Virus record (IMG/VR): IMGVR_UViG_3300038620_000134
Location: 17,725 to 81,724 of that record
Length of the DNA: 64,000 nucleotides
Source: a virus
Strand: one strand, 5' to 3'
Both the position numbers and the translations under genes were made by a program. Shown here in pieces: positions 16,716 through 26,938 of the stretch (its first letter is position 1; every line of letters begins with the position of its first letter). The notes under the pieces were generated by a model, which worked only from the letters and a program-made list of their open reading frames with translations, ran no database searches and was not told the DNA's origin.

Positions 16716-18797
16716 ATGACTTCATATAATGAAAAAATAGCACAAAAATTAGAAGAATTAGACAACAATTATATTAAAAGTGGTGCTATATATGATAACC
16801 AGGTTGACGCAGCCAAAGAAATAATAAAAAGCTTTACTAAAGTTGATTCAGGAAAGAGTGAAAATGATAGCAGAAATAGACATGTTATTTTATTAGCTCA
16901 AATGCAAAGTGGAAAAACCGGTGTGTGTAATGCCGTATGTAATATGCTTGAATATGTAAATCCCGATAATCAAATTAAATTGTCTAGTTATTTTGGTATA
17001 AAGCGTTACTTTTTTATAACTGGAATGAATGATGTTGCTTTAAGAGATCAAACTGCTAATCGCGTCAAAAATGAAATTATTAATTCATATTCAAAAATTG
17101 ACAATAATGAAGATGACCATTTAGGTAAGTATATTGTAACTGGTGATAATATAGCAAAACCAGAAGCAAAATACTTTATTGAAAAAAATAGTGATTTAAA
17201 AAAGGAAATAAATGCAAACATAGAAGACTGTATAGTATTTATTGATGAATCCCACTATGGTTCTAAAGAAGAAAACGTGTTGACTAAATTTTTAAAAAAT
17301 AATGATATTGATTGGAAAAACGATCCACAAAAATTAAAAAATAACAATATTTATATTGTTTCTATTTCAGCAACTCCTTTTACTGAAAGTTATAGTGATA
17401 AGAATGAAAGTAAACCTAAAATATCACTAGAAACAGATAATAATTATTATGGAGTAAAAGAATTTTTAGATTTGGGATTGATTCATCATGCAGATAAAAA
17501 AAGTGATTTTAAAAGTAAGAGTTTTTTTCCCCAACCTAGTAAAAAAAAACGTTTGGAAAACTTTAGAAACTACATTGCACAAAACTTCTTAGGTTCTAAG
17601 GTAACCGTTGAACAAATGGTCAATATCTTTAACTACTACTTTTCCGATATAATGAGAGAAAAACAAGCCAAGAGCAATCAATTCAAACAAAAAATGAAAA
17701 TGCTTTTTGATATTGAAGATAAGAAAAGTGGAAGAACTCGTTACTATAAAATTAATAGTATAAAAAACTTTGATAATTTTGATGACAAATATTTTATTAA
17801 TAAATTTAAACCTGAAATAAAAAGTACTAAACAAGAACCTAACATTGTTGAGTATCTTAAAGATGCACATTCTAGAATGAAGCAAAATTCACAAAGTTTA
17901 ACACCTATAGGTGTATGTATTGTAAGATGTGATGGTAAAAAAATTCAAAAACTAAAAAATAATGACTTTATTAGCAGTTATTTTAGGATAATAGAGTTTA
18001 ATAATGAAAACTACAAAAAATTAAATTTTGGTACTGAATTAAAAGATAAAATTGAACTAATGATAAAATCCGCTTCAGATTCTAATAAACATGCAAATGA
18101 TAATTCAAACAAACCTCTTTTAATATTGATTAAAGGGGCTTTTCGTGCAGGTATAACTATACCTAATTATTATAAAGATTACATATATATGATATATGAT
18201 ATTGCTAATAAACCCCACACTACAGCTCAAGGTTTACTTGGTAGAATGTGTGGTTATAGAAGTAACGATAGTAACATAGAAAATACTGCTTTTTATGTAA
18301 ATAAAGATCATGCAGAAAAATATGCAGATTGGGTAAAGAATAACTTTAAAAGAAAATACATACCAATAAAAAAGAAAAAAAGAAGCAGTGTAAAATGTGC
18401 AACAGAAAATAAATTATCTTTTGGTCTTGACTTGGATTCTGTTAAAAAATTAAAAAAATCAAACGATCTAAAAAAAACATTAAGTGAATTAAATGTTTCT
18501 ATAGACTTTGATTATATAGGAGAGACATACTTAGCAAATAACTATCGAAATTATACAGAATATAGTCAAAGTGTTAAAGACAAATGGTATGATATAATTA
18601 ACAGTAATGAACGTGGTGTACCAAGTTATAGGCATAAGAAAAAACCTTTAACTGAAGATGATATTGGAAAAACATATATACATTTAGCTTTGAATGACAT
18701 TGATAATGAACTTTATATATATAAAGGAAAAATTGTCAAAAGTAATCCACAACACAAAGAATTATATGAAAAGCATAAAGACACTTCTGAATTTTAA
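16716..18797 (+). CDS. SF2 (DExH-like) helicase/ATPase
   Basis: AQMQSGKT, DESH, SATP, QGLLGRMCGY motifs. Confidence 0.85.
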   Translation: MTSYNEKIAQKLEELDNNYIKSGAIYDNQVDAAKEIIKSFTKVDSGKSENDSRNRHVILLAQMQSGKTGVCNAVCNMLEYVNPDNQIKLSSYFGIKRYFFITGMNDVALRDQTANRVKNEIINSYSKIDNNEDDHLGKYIVTGDNIAKPEAKYFIEKNSDLKKEINANIEDCIVFIDESHYGSKEENVLTKFLKNNDIDWKNDPQKLKNNNIYIVSISATPFTESYSDKNESKPKISLETDNNYYGVKEFLDLGLIHHADKKSDFKSKSFFPQPSKKKRLENFRNYIAQNFLGSKVTVEQMVNIFNYYFSDIMREKQAKSNQFKQKMKMLFDIEDKKSGRTRYYKINSIKNFDNFDDKYFINKFKPEIKSTKQEPNIVEYLKDAHSRMKQNSQSLTPIGVCIVRCDGKKIQKLKNNDFISSYFRIIEFNNENYKKLNFGTELKDKIELMIKSASDSNKHANDNSNKPLLILIKGAFRAGITIPNYYKDYIYMIYDIANKPHTTAQGLLGRMCGYRSNDSNIENTAFYVNKDHAEKYADWVKNNFKRKYIPIKKKKRSSVKCATENKLSFGLDLDSVKKLKKSNDLKKTLSELNVSIDFDYIGETYLANNYRNYTEYSQSVKDKWYDIINSNERGVPSYRHKKKPLTEDDIGKTYIHLALNDIDNELYIYKGKIVKSNPQHKELYEKHKDTSEF

Positions 18798-18817
18798 TTA
18801 AAATAAATAAAGTAAAA

Positions 18818-19147
18818 ATGTCAACATCTTTACACTTTGATATAGGGCTTCCAGTTGAAAGTGAATTATCCAAATACAATTTAAGTGTTTATCAAGATGA
18901 TGTTGATTCAAAGTTTCTTTGTTATAATAATCAAGATATTATTCCTATCTTAAATGAAAATTTAGAAGATTGTTTAATTTTAACTGCAAAAGGAAATAAA
19001 ATACAAGAAGTAATAAAAATATTAGTTGAAGAATTTGGGGGGCGTTTCATAACCGATGATGAACTTGAGCTAATAATTTATGGAGAAATAGAAGAAAGTG
19101 AAGCATTTAATTATTCAATGGATACATATTATTACAAAAGTAAATAA
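18818..19147 (+). CDS. Hypothetical protein
   Basis: 109-aa ORF. Confidence 0.7.
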   Translation: MSTSLHFDIGLPVESELSKYNLSVYQDDVDSKFLCYNNQDIIPILNENLEDCLILTAKGNKIQEVIKILVEEFGGRFITDDELELIIYGEIEESEAFNYSMDTYYYKSK

Positions 19148-19155
19148 CATTTAAA

Positions 19156-19605
19156 ATGTCTTTTAATCTTTTCACTAAACTACTTCCTATTCATTCTCAT
19201 GATTTAATATCTGAACTATCATGGTTAGGTTGGATTGATTACGGTGTTTACTTGCGTCTTAAAGAAAATATAAAACTTCAACAAATTGCTTATATCTACT
19301 ATGGTTTTTACCTTACAATGTATGATAAAGCACCAACCGTAGAACAACCCAAATCAGGTGGTCATTTTGTATATCTTCCATTGTATAAATCTGCTTATTG
19401 TAAGCCATCACCTAAAATAGAAAAAAGAGAAAAAGAATACTTATTAGCTAAAAGAGTTATAGATAAATTGATTTACATAGAGGAAGAACAAATGATTAGT
19501 TGGTGCTTCAAAGAAAAACATCCAGTAACTATTGTACCATCGGTTGGTAACAATTTGATACCTGATTACTTAACTAAAAGTTATTTTAAGCAATTTGAAT
19601 TATAA
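19156..19605 (+). CDS. Hypothetical protein
   Basis: 149-aa ORF. Confidence 0.7.
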   Translation: MSFNLFTKLLPIHSHDLISELSWLGWIDYGVYLRLKENIKLQQIAYIYYGFYLTMYDKAPTVEQPKSGGHFVYLPLYKSAYCKPSPKIEKREKEYLLAKRVIDKLIYIEEEQMISWCFKEKHPVTIVPSVGNNLIPDYLTKSYFKQFEL

Positions 19606-19721
19606 ATAAATACTTAAACAATAGTATTAAAGTGCAACTAATGTTAAGTTGTTAGCTGATAGGTTAGAAAACAATGTCCGATATTGTGAAGTTGATTGTG
19701 CTAAATTACTATAACAAATTC

Positions 19722-19752
19722 TTGACAATGTGGCATTTTATTTTTATATTTG
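19722..19752 (+). promoter_or_regulatory. Early promoter TTGACA-N17-TATATTTG
   Basis: The -10 box also fits the Bacteroidota TAnnTTTG element. Confidence 0.75.
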
Positions 19753-19788
19753 TAGTAGATTGTTAAAAAGTTAAACACCACATCAACT

Positions 19789-20160
19789 ATGCAACTGGTT
19801 AATTTAACACCCCATTCCCTTCATCTTTATTCGGATGAAGGAAACTACATTTCTACCTTTGAAAGTAGAGGCCAAATTCGTCTTGGTAGCTCTTTTCAAG
19901 AAGTAGAACGGCGACATTTCTCTAATGCAGAAGGGAGTATTCCAATCAAAGATATGTTCTTTGATGATAGCGCCTATATTGAAATTGATGGTCAACAGTA
20001 TAATACACTTCCTGAACCTAAGGAAGATACCGTATATGTAGTTTCCAAAATGGTCAAGAACGCGTTTCCAGAGCGCGAAGATTTTTTCGTTGTAAGCGAA
20101 ACCGTAAGAGATGAAAATGGTAAAATCTGCGGTTTTAAAAGTCTTTCAAAGGGAGTTTAA
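19789..20160 (+). CDS. Conserved phage hypothetical protein (NLTPH family)
   Basis: VNLTPH...LPEP....YVVS..V......R.D......VRDENG.I.G pattern. Confidence 0.8.
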   Translation: MQLVNLTPHSLHLYSDEGNYISTFESRGQIRLGSSFQEVERRHFSNAEGSIPIKDMFFDDSAYIEIDGQQYNTLPEPKEDTVYVVSKMVKNAFPEREDFFVVSETVRDENGKICGFKSLSKGV

Positions 20161-20180
20161 TATAGTTTAACTCCCTTTGA
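20146..20180. terminator. Hairpin at gene end
   Basis: TCAAAGGGAGTT/AACTCCCTTTGA 12-bp stem. Confidence 0.55.
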
Positions 20181-20304
20181 TAAATTAAAAAATCTATTTG
20201 ATTAACAGAAACAATTTAGAATAGTTAAACACAAATAGACAGAACATACGACGGCATTAATGAGGCTTCTATTTAGGTGAGTTGTAAGATAACTTACCTG
20301 AATA

Positions 20305-20392
20305 GCCGGAGTGGCGGAAAGGAAGACGCTGCAGACTTAAAATCTGTTGGGATAATAAGCCCGTGGGAGTTCGAATCTCCCCTCCGGCACCA
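20305..20392 (+). tRNA. tRNA-Leu(UAA)
   Basis: GCCGGAG/CTCCGGC acceptor, GCAGA-CT-TAA-AA-TCTGT, long variable arm, ACCA encoded. Confidence 0.96.
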
Positions 20393-20427
20393 TCAGTTCA
20401 ATTGAAAAACTTAAACTCAATCCCAAT

Positions 20428-20781
20428 ATGTCTAAACATGGTGAAGAATTTCATCACCTGTGATATCACCTGTACATTGAATATAAAGGTAAAAAATATG
20501 AATTGGTTATTACTACTTCTTCTGATTCTGGAGAAACTGTAAAGTTTTCCACGAAGAAACATGATATTGAATTTGACCTTGTTACTACGTCTTCTGATTT
20601 TGGGGAGGTTGTAACCGTTAAGTCTATTACAAAAAATATTCCTGATTTTCTTATACCAAAAACCTTATTTATTAATCAAAAAGGCTCTGATTGGGAAGTT
20701 TATCGTGGAGAATCATTCGAAGATTATCAAAAAAGATTGAAAGAAGAAAATTGTTCAATATTTATAAGTAACTTAACTTAA
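20428..20781 (+). pseudogene. Hypothetical gene with an in-frame TGA at 20461 (track calls 20503-20781)
   Basis: ATG 20428 is in frame with the called ORF; the TGA lies within the ATCACCTGT-GA-T-ATCACCTGT duplication. Confidence 0.5.
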
Positions 20782-20801
20782 TAACTTAAACTTTTTTAAC
20801 C

Positions 20802-21152
20802 ATGAACTTGAGCATCAATAAAAGGCAAGAAAAAGGAAAAACCGCCATTTTAATTAGTCCGGCTTTTGGTGGCGGCTGGAGCACCGAAACAAGTAATAAT
20901 AAACTCCGCGAGGCAGCGCTTTTCGATTCCCGCCTGATTGAGGCGGTTGAAAATGGAGATCAACAAGCCTTTGCTTATCGAGTAGCCGAGATCAATGCAG
21001 CCTTCGCAGATAAATCACCGTTGAGAATTGGCTTGTTGGACGAGCGAGAACTTAATAATTTGCAAATAGAATGGGTGGATCAACCTTTCTATGTTCGAGA
21101 ATACGACGGAGCAGAAATGCTTATTTTGGAAGAACAGTTGATTTCCCCCTAA
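20802..21152 (+). CDS. Conserved phage hypothetical protein
   Basis: A.LISP.FG.GWST...I.W....F...EYDG.E pattern. Confidence 0.8.
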   Translation: MNLSINKRQEKGKTAILISPAFGGGWSTETSNNKLREAALFDSRLIEAVENGDQQAFAYRVAEINAAFADKSPLRIGLLDERELNNLQIEWVDQPFYVREYDGAEMLILEEQLISP

Positions 21153-21372
21153 AGATTTATTTATTAAGTAAAACTATGTATCTATTTTTGTTGTTTGTAC
21201 TTCTTAGAAAGCAATTCACCAGATCTCTGAATTAAGATTGAAAAATTTTAAAGATTGCAACTTTTTTGGATGCAACTCTTGACCCGGACTACTCTTTTGC
21301 CTAAATTGGCAATTAGAAAGTTAGCACGGTAAAGAGCTAACTATTAGTTTAACCACTTAAAAACTTTGAATT

Positions 21373-21606
21373 ATGTTTACTATTAACGGAAACCCCAGAG
21401 TAAGTGTTCAAGAGTGTCAAGAAGATGAACTCTACCTCGATGCCATATACTTTCGGAATCGGGGTTCTTTAGGGCACTGGGATGAAATTAAAGTTAACGC
21501 TGCAGAAGGTAACAATTGCCATTTAGGTCACATTTCCTTAAAACAATTCGAAGCAGTAAAAGAAATTGCTCGCCAAATTCACCAGAAAAACGGTTATAAA
21601 TTTTAA
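21373..21606 (+). CDS. Small early protein
   Basis: Own promoter (21279-21307) and terminator. Confidence 0.75.
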   Translation: MFTINGNPRVSVQECQEDELYLDAIYFRNRGSLGHWDEIKVNAAEGNNCHLGHISLKQFEAVKEIARQIHQKNGYKF

Positions 21607-21627
21607 ACAGAACTAACCGTCTTTTAC

Positions 21628-21654
21628 CCAGCTAGCAAACTAGCTGGATTTTTT
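21628..21654 (+). terminator. Intrinsic terminator
   Basis: CCAGCTAG-CAAA-CTAGCTGG followed by a T run. Confidence 0.85.
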
Positions 21655-21764
21655 ACATTTAAAAATTTACTATCAACAAAAAAATTTGAAATTCTTTGTC
21701 TGTAAGCTTGACAATTCCCTGTTTCTTTATTAACTTTAAACTAAATAAAGATTAAAGATTAACT

Positions 21765-22220
21765 ATGGTACTCGTAGCAGTTACAGCAGAAGATTTACGT
21801 TTCGTATCATTAACGGACGAAGAAGGGTTGTGTTTAAGTGAGGATGCTGTTCGAAAAGGGCAGATAACTCAGCAGCGGATTGACGTTAGCTGGGAAAACT
21901 TGGATGCCGTAATTCCACACGGCGACTTTATAGATTACAAAGGAAATTTAGTAACCGTTGAAAAGTTATTTGTAGCTGTTCAACGCACGGCTGTAGGAAC
22001 TATTTTGCGTTCCGAAGGACTTTATAATAGCTTCAAAGATCAGCCGAGGAAGGCTCTACAGGCTGTTTACGAACTAGCCGTAGAAAACTTGGAGGCAAAT
22101 GAGCGTTACCGCAGAGAGTGGAATCGTAAGCATAACAGCGGCGGTCTAATGCCGTCGAAGCGCGTAAAGCTTTCAACAGCTTGGGATAATGACCATGTAG
22201 ACTGGGAAAATAAAAATTAA
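21765..22220 (+). CDS. Hypothetical early protein
   Basis: Behind TTGACA-N17-TAACTT at 21708. Confidence 0.75.
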   Translation: MVLVAVTAEDLRFVSLTDEEGLCLSEDAVRKGQITQQRIDVSWENLDAVIPHGDFIDYKGNLVTVEKLFVAVQRTAVGTILRSEGLYNSFKDQPRKALQAVYELAVENLEANERYRREWNRKHNSGGLMPSKRVKLSTAWDNDHVDWENKN

Positions 22221-22229
22221 AATTATCCC

Positions 22230-22258
22230 TTGACAATACCAAATTTTTGTATTATACT
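22230..22258 (+). promoter_or_regulatory. Early promoter TTGACA-N17-TATACT
   Basis: Near-consensus sigma70-type; places the real start at ATG 22295. Confidence 0.8.
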
Positions 22259-22294
22259 TGTAGTAGATTGTTAAACGATAAACCATTTTCAATT

Positions 22295-23356
22295 ATGAGT
22301 AATCAAGTTAAAAGGACGGATATTTTTAAGGTTGACCTGAGTTTGGTCAACATTGTTCAAGATTTCAATGCCCGTGATTTTTCAGACCCGGAAAATATTG
22401 CGCGGGTAAACGAAATAGCAAAGTCCATTGAGGCTCGCGGGCAGATCCATCCCGTTAATGCTTTCAAAGAAGACGGGAAGTATTGGTTAATCGACGGCGA
22501 AACTCGGTTTCGTGCCATTAAGCAAATTCAGGATAACCTGAATGAAAATGGCAATACCGAGGCTGCTGATAACATTCGAATCCTTCTTCGGGTTGTTCCA
22601 AAATCAGAAACTGGAGAAGAAAATCGGATGTTTATGATGTTGGCGGCAAATGATTCTAAGCCGCTTAATCCAATAGAAACAGCGTTTGCTTACAAGCGCC
22701 TAACTAACATGGGTTATACGGCTAGTGAAATTTCCCGCCAACTGGGGGTTTCTGTTCCCAACGTAACCAATACGCTTTATCTTGCAACTGCTCCAAAATA
22801 TTTGCAAGATGCGGTTAAGGACAAGAAGATTGCCGTAACGACAGTAGTTAAGCTTATTCGGGAATCTGAAAATCCCGATAAAGCCAAGGAGGTTGTTGAA
22901 GACTTGATTGAAAATCAGGGGTATTCGAAAGTCAAAGCAAAAGATTTAAGCCTTGACCAGAACCACTCCAGTTCAAATCAAGAGCCAACCGAAGAACCGA
23001 TCGAGGAATCGACTGAAGAACCAACTCAAAACACCGACAATGGCTTCGATTCCGAAGTTTCTAAAGAGCCTAATAAAAGTTCGGAAAAGAAGCCCGGCTC
23101 AAATAACCCCAAAAAGGAAAAGATTCAAGGTAAAGTTCAAAATATTATTGAAAGTCTTGATTCCGATAATTCCTTTGAATTTTACCTAGAGAAGGTTCTT
23201 CAAATGGTTGGTGATAGCGAAGTAAGTTCCGAAGAAGTTATCAAGTACATTCAAAGTAACCGTACAAGCGAAACGACTGAAATTGATGACTTCTTTGGTG
23301 GAGAAAATAACGTTATTGAATTTGAAAACGCTGAATTCACTAACTTTTATAACTAA
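22295..23356 (+). CDS. ParB/Srx-domain protein with HTH and acidic tail
   Basis: FNAR, SI..RGQIHPV, IDGETRFRA, LNPIE.A..Y.RL...G....EI...LG.S. Confidence 0.88.
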   Translation: MSNQVKRTDIFKVDLSLVNIVQDFNARDFSDPENIARVNEIAKSIEARGQIHPVNAFKEDGKYWLIDGETRFRAIKQIQDNLNENGNTEAADNIRILLRVVPKSETGEENRMFMMLAANDSKPLNPIETAFAYKRLTNMGYTASEISRQLGVSVPNVTNTLYLATAPKYLQDAVKDKKIAVTTVVKLIRESENPDKAKEVVEDLIENQGYSKVKAKDLSLDQNHSSSNQEPTEEPIEESTEEPTQNTDNGFDSEVSKEPNKSSEKKPGSNNPKKEKIQGKVQNIIESLDSDNSFEFYLEKVLQMVGDSEVSSEEVIKYIQSNRTSETTEIDDFFGGENNVIEFENAEFTNFYN

Positions 23357-23376
23357 GTTAAAGGTTAGAATAGTTG

Positions 23377-23461
23377 GATGCACCTGAAGAAGTTGGGGGT
23401 GATTTTAATTGTAACCGTAACAATTTAGCATCCCTTGAAGATACAACCTAAAAAGGTTGGG
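23377..23461 (+). repeat. Orphan non-coding copy (about 1.3 units) of the 63-nt LRR-like repeat
   Basis: Encodes DAPEEVGGDFNCNRNNLASLED; shares AACAATTTAGCATCCCTTGAAGAT with 45465-45488; has a 1-nt insertion and no start codon. Confidence 0.85.
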
Positions 23462-23468
23462 AAAGTTT

Positions 23469-23499
23469 ACAGGATGGTTTACAACCATCCTGTTTTTTT
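23469..23499. terminator. Intrinsic terminator between convergent genes
   Basis: ACAGGATGGTT-TAC-AACCATCCTGT plus T run. Confidence 0.85.
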
Positions 23500-26400
23500 A
23501 TATATTAGACTGTAGTATATTGTAAACCAGTTTTCCTGATATATTAACCTTTTTGTTTGTTTTAATACTTTCGTTTACTTCACCCGAAAACATAAACCAA
23601 ACATCTTCATTATTTGTGGGGTATGGTACAAATTCTACGCGTTCATTATCTACAAGTGCTTCTATAATAACGGGGCAAGACTTTACAAATTCGGAATAAC
23701 TCATTTCCTTTAGATTTGCAGACGCCTTGTTTTTATATTTCAACTTTTTAATTTCAATGCCAGAATTGTTTAGTTGCTCCATATTTTCAACCATTTGAAC
23801 ATTGTTATATTCTTTCGTTGAATTCGCTTTGTCTTTTACATATTTTTCACGACTTGACATTAGCATTGCTGCCATATCCGATCCATACATTTTAGATAAG
23901 CTTTCAAAAGACGATTCGTTCTTTTTGTCATCACTACCAACCATTGAACCTTGTTCTAATGAATCGTGTGTTTGCTGTTTTCTATCAGATTTACGAACCG
24001 CGTCACTTAATCCAGCAAGATTCATTCTTTGGGCATATGTACTTTTTATGTTATCTACCTGATCCTGTGTATCTGTTAATTCCGAAGGGTATGATGCGTT
24101 TGCATCTCCAGTATCACTAACTGTAAAATAACGGTTTGCACCAGAATGGTATCCACTTACATATGCGTCTTCTTGTTCATCTTTCAGTCTTACATTATCA
24201 CCTGGATGAAAGCGTTTTGTTGCTCCTGTTTTTTGGATTGCCTCATCGACCTGTTGATATTTATCTTTAAGCTCTTGTAGTTGTTTTTCTAATTTTGAAC
24301 GCATTACTTTTACTTGACTTGATTCTTGAACACTACTACTAGATTTAGCAATTTTATCAAGATTTTCATTAACTTTGTTAATTTTTTTCATAATTTTTTC
24401 GCGCTCAATTTCATATTGTTTTACAGCAGATTCGCGCTCATTAAGAATATCGTGGAAAAGATAACTTGCATCCACATCATGGTTTTCTTGAATAAGCTGT
24501 AAAGCATTATTTGCATTAGTTTTTTCAAACTTATTTTCATATGTTATGGGATCAATATGATGAATGTAAACTTGATTTGCAATTTTATAAACATTTGTTA
24601 CCATACCTTCATAAAGCTTGGATTCAAAGGTTTTTGCAAAGTCCAACCAAACCATATTGTCAATTATATCCAATCCATTTTCAATTACTTGGGTAATATT
24701 GTCTCTACCCATAACAAGTCCAAGATAGCTAATTCGATTTAGCATTGATTCCTTGTTACTCGCCTCAAATACTTTATTGTTAATGTTTACTGTTTTGTAT
24801 TCAAAGGGATACATTTCATTAATGTTCTTCTTAAAGTATATGCAGCCGTCTTCTCTATCGTAGTCAACATTATAGATTTCTTCAAATATACCTTGAATTG
24901 TGTCAGCCAAATTTTCTGATTGCTCATGTGTTATAGATGGGCATTCATATATTCCAGTTTCTTTTTCATTGCCATATCCACTTAGTATATCTCTTTTATC
25001 TTTTTCTAACAAATTATCAATACTTGTTACAGGTGGATATTCACTCTTATTGTTTTGTATTTCAACGCGATTTTGAGAACCCTCAAATATTAACGTATCG
25101 TTTTTGTAATAAAATTCTTTAAGCGAACTAACTTTTTCAGTTAAAGAGTTTGGTGCGGTATTTTCATTTATTCTAAAAATTTGATTTCCATTTTTAATTA
25201 AGAAGTAATCACCGCTGTTAAAAAAGTATTGGTGTCTGGAATCGCCATATTCAAAAAGAGCATAAACATTTTTTACACTCACTGAATTTGTTTCGCTTTC
25301 TGAAGTAAAATCATATTGGCGAAGCTTAGTGCTATAATTGACTTTATCTTGTGCTTTTGAAGCCTTAAATGAATTGTTTGTTGCAATTTTTTGAAGATTG
25401 TCAAGTAAAGTATCCACAAATTCATAAAGTCCTCTAAACTTATTAAGTTCAGTGGTAACATAGCTAGTTGCTTGATATTCTGGGAGTGAAAATGCACGTT
25501 CTAATATATCTATAATTTTACTATATTGTTCTGGATACTGTGAGTTCTCCAGTATATCTTTTGTTTGTGCAATTGCAACGTAAGGTCTTAAATTAGTAAG
25601 ATTTCGTTTAAGTGTTGAAATGCTGTTAGAAACAGCATTATCGTACTGCCAATTAGCCAACCCATTCATTACATTTTCAATAAGCATGTAATCACGGGGT
25701 TCATTATTCTTTTGTTCATATACTTGATCTACAAAGTATTGAAGTTGAATATTGGTAGCATAAGCATCTGTTTGTTGAAGATCATTAAGAACTTGTTTAA
25801 CTCCAAGATCCCTCACATCATTTTTACGTTTTTCGCTTTCTAAAAAGCTACGGATGTATTCATCTTTACGATCACTGTTAATTTCTAAATCTGCGAGTTC
25901 TCTTTCTAGAAGTTTACGGAGTTCTGCTTCATTTAATCCGTAGTTCAGTACATTCTTAAATTCTTGTAGTTTTTCTTTTATTCTGTAATCTGATGTATTT
26001 CTTTCACATTTTTCAATATCATTATTTAGTTTTTCAGCTTGTTTGCGGTTTACTTCTTTTTGACTTTCCGAAAGTTGATAATTTGCAAACTTGTTTAAAA
26101 CTAAATCTACTATACTGCTTCTATGATCACAGTTTTTAATATTTTCAATTAGTATTCTAATTTTGTCTTCATTCTTTTCAAGAACTTTTTGCATTTGAAT
26201 TGCGTGTTGAACACGTTCTATAACTTGTGGGGACTTTACTGTTTTTAGTATAAAGTCCGTAAGCTCATTAAAGTTTTCGGGAATAAGTTCATAAGATACT
26301 TTTTCTACAAGTTTATTGGCTGTTTTGTTTTGCTTAAATTCTTTAAGATTTACTACAATTGAATTTTGTAGTTTACGCTCATCAAAATTCTTTTCAAGTA

Positions 26401-26938
26401 TTTTAGTAGCAACTTCATAAAGATTTTGGTCTTTGTTAAAGTAAGCTACTCTAGCCACTTCATCAAGTTTAATATAATTTTCTAATCTATTAAAGTTTTC
26501 AGAAATATTATTTAATTTTCTTGAATAATAATCTGAACTTCTACCAAGTTCTTGAAATTCACTCATAAACTGGGTGTAAACTTCACATTCTTTATTATCT
26601 GCTAAATACCGATTTAGTTCAATTACGGATTCCTGTATTCCATGAGATTCACCAAAGTCATCTTCTACATTGTTAATAAAGTTTCTTATACCTAGATTAT
26701 CAATGTTGTGTTTTGAGCGTTCCAGTTCTAGAAGTTTTTGAATACTGGAATTTTCAATTAGCTTTTGGCTTAATACATTCACGTTATCAAACCTTGCAAA
26801 TAATTCACGTCTCACATTGATTTCATTAAGTTGATTTTGCTTACAATAACTGATAAAGTCATTGAAGGCTTCTCTAACCTGTTCGTTTTTCAGGCTGTTA
26901 GATACTTTTTTGATTCTTTTGAAAATGCTTATACTCAT
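23498..26938 (-). CDS. Large helical/coiled-coil late protein, probably virion-associated
   Basis: 1146 aa, AATAAATA motif upstream, no recognised catalytic motif. Confidence 0.8.
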   Translation of the reverse strand: MSISIFKRIKKVSNSLKNEQVREAFNDFISYCKQNQLNEINVRRELFARFDNVNVLSQKLIENSSIQKLLELERSKHNIDNLGIRNFINNVEDDFGESHGIQESVIELNRYLADNKECEVYTQFMSEFQELGRSSDYYSRKLNNISENFNRLENYIKLDEVARVAYFNKDQNLYEVATKILEKNFDERKLQNSIVVNLKEFKQNKTANKLVEKVSYELIPENFNELTDFILKTVKSPQVIERVQHAIQMQKVLEKNEDKIRILIENIKNCDHRSSIVDLVLNKFANYQLSESQKEVNRKQAEKLNNDIEKCERNTSDYRIKEKLQEFKNVLNYGLNEAELRKLLERELADLEINSDRKDEYIRSFLESEKRKNDVRDLGVKQVLNDLQQTDAYATNIQLQYFVDQVYEQKNNEPRDYMLIENVMNGLANWQYDNAVSNSISTLKRNLTNLRPYVAIAQTKDILENSQYPEQYSKIIDILERAFSLPEYQATSYVTTELNKFRGLYEFVDTLLDNLQKIATNNSFKASKAQDKVNYSTKLRQYDFTSESETNSVSVKNVYALFEYGDSRHQYFFNSGDYFLIKNGNQIFRINENTAPNSLTEKVSSLKEFYYKNDTLIFEGSQNRVEIQNNKSEYPPVTSIDNLLEKDKRDILSGYGNEKETGIYECPSITHEQSENLADTIQGIFEEIYNVDYDREDGCIYFKKNINEMYPFEYKTVNINNKVFEASNKESMLNRISYLGLVMGRDNITQVIENGLDIIDNMVWLDFAKTFESKLYEGMVTNVYKIANQVYIHHIDPITYENKFEKTNANNALQLIQENHDVDASYLFHDILNERESAVKQYEIEREKIMKKINKVNENLDKIAKSSSSVQESSQVKVMRSKLEKQLQELKDKYQQVDEAIQKTGATKRFHPGDNVRLKDEQEDAYVSGYHSGANRYFTVSDTGDANASYPSELTDTQDQVDNIKSTYAQRMNLAGLSDAVRKSDRKQQTHDSLEQGSMVGSDDKKNESSFESLSKMYGSDMAAMLMSSREKYVKDKANSTKEYNNVQMVENMEQLNNSGIEIKKLKYKNKASANLKEMSYSEFVKSCPVIIEALVDNERVEFVPYPTNNEDVWFMFSGEVNESIKTNKKVNISGKLVYNILQSNI

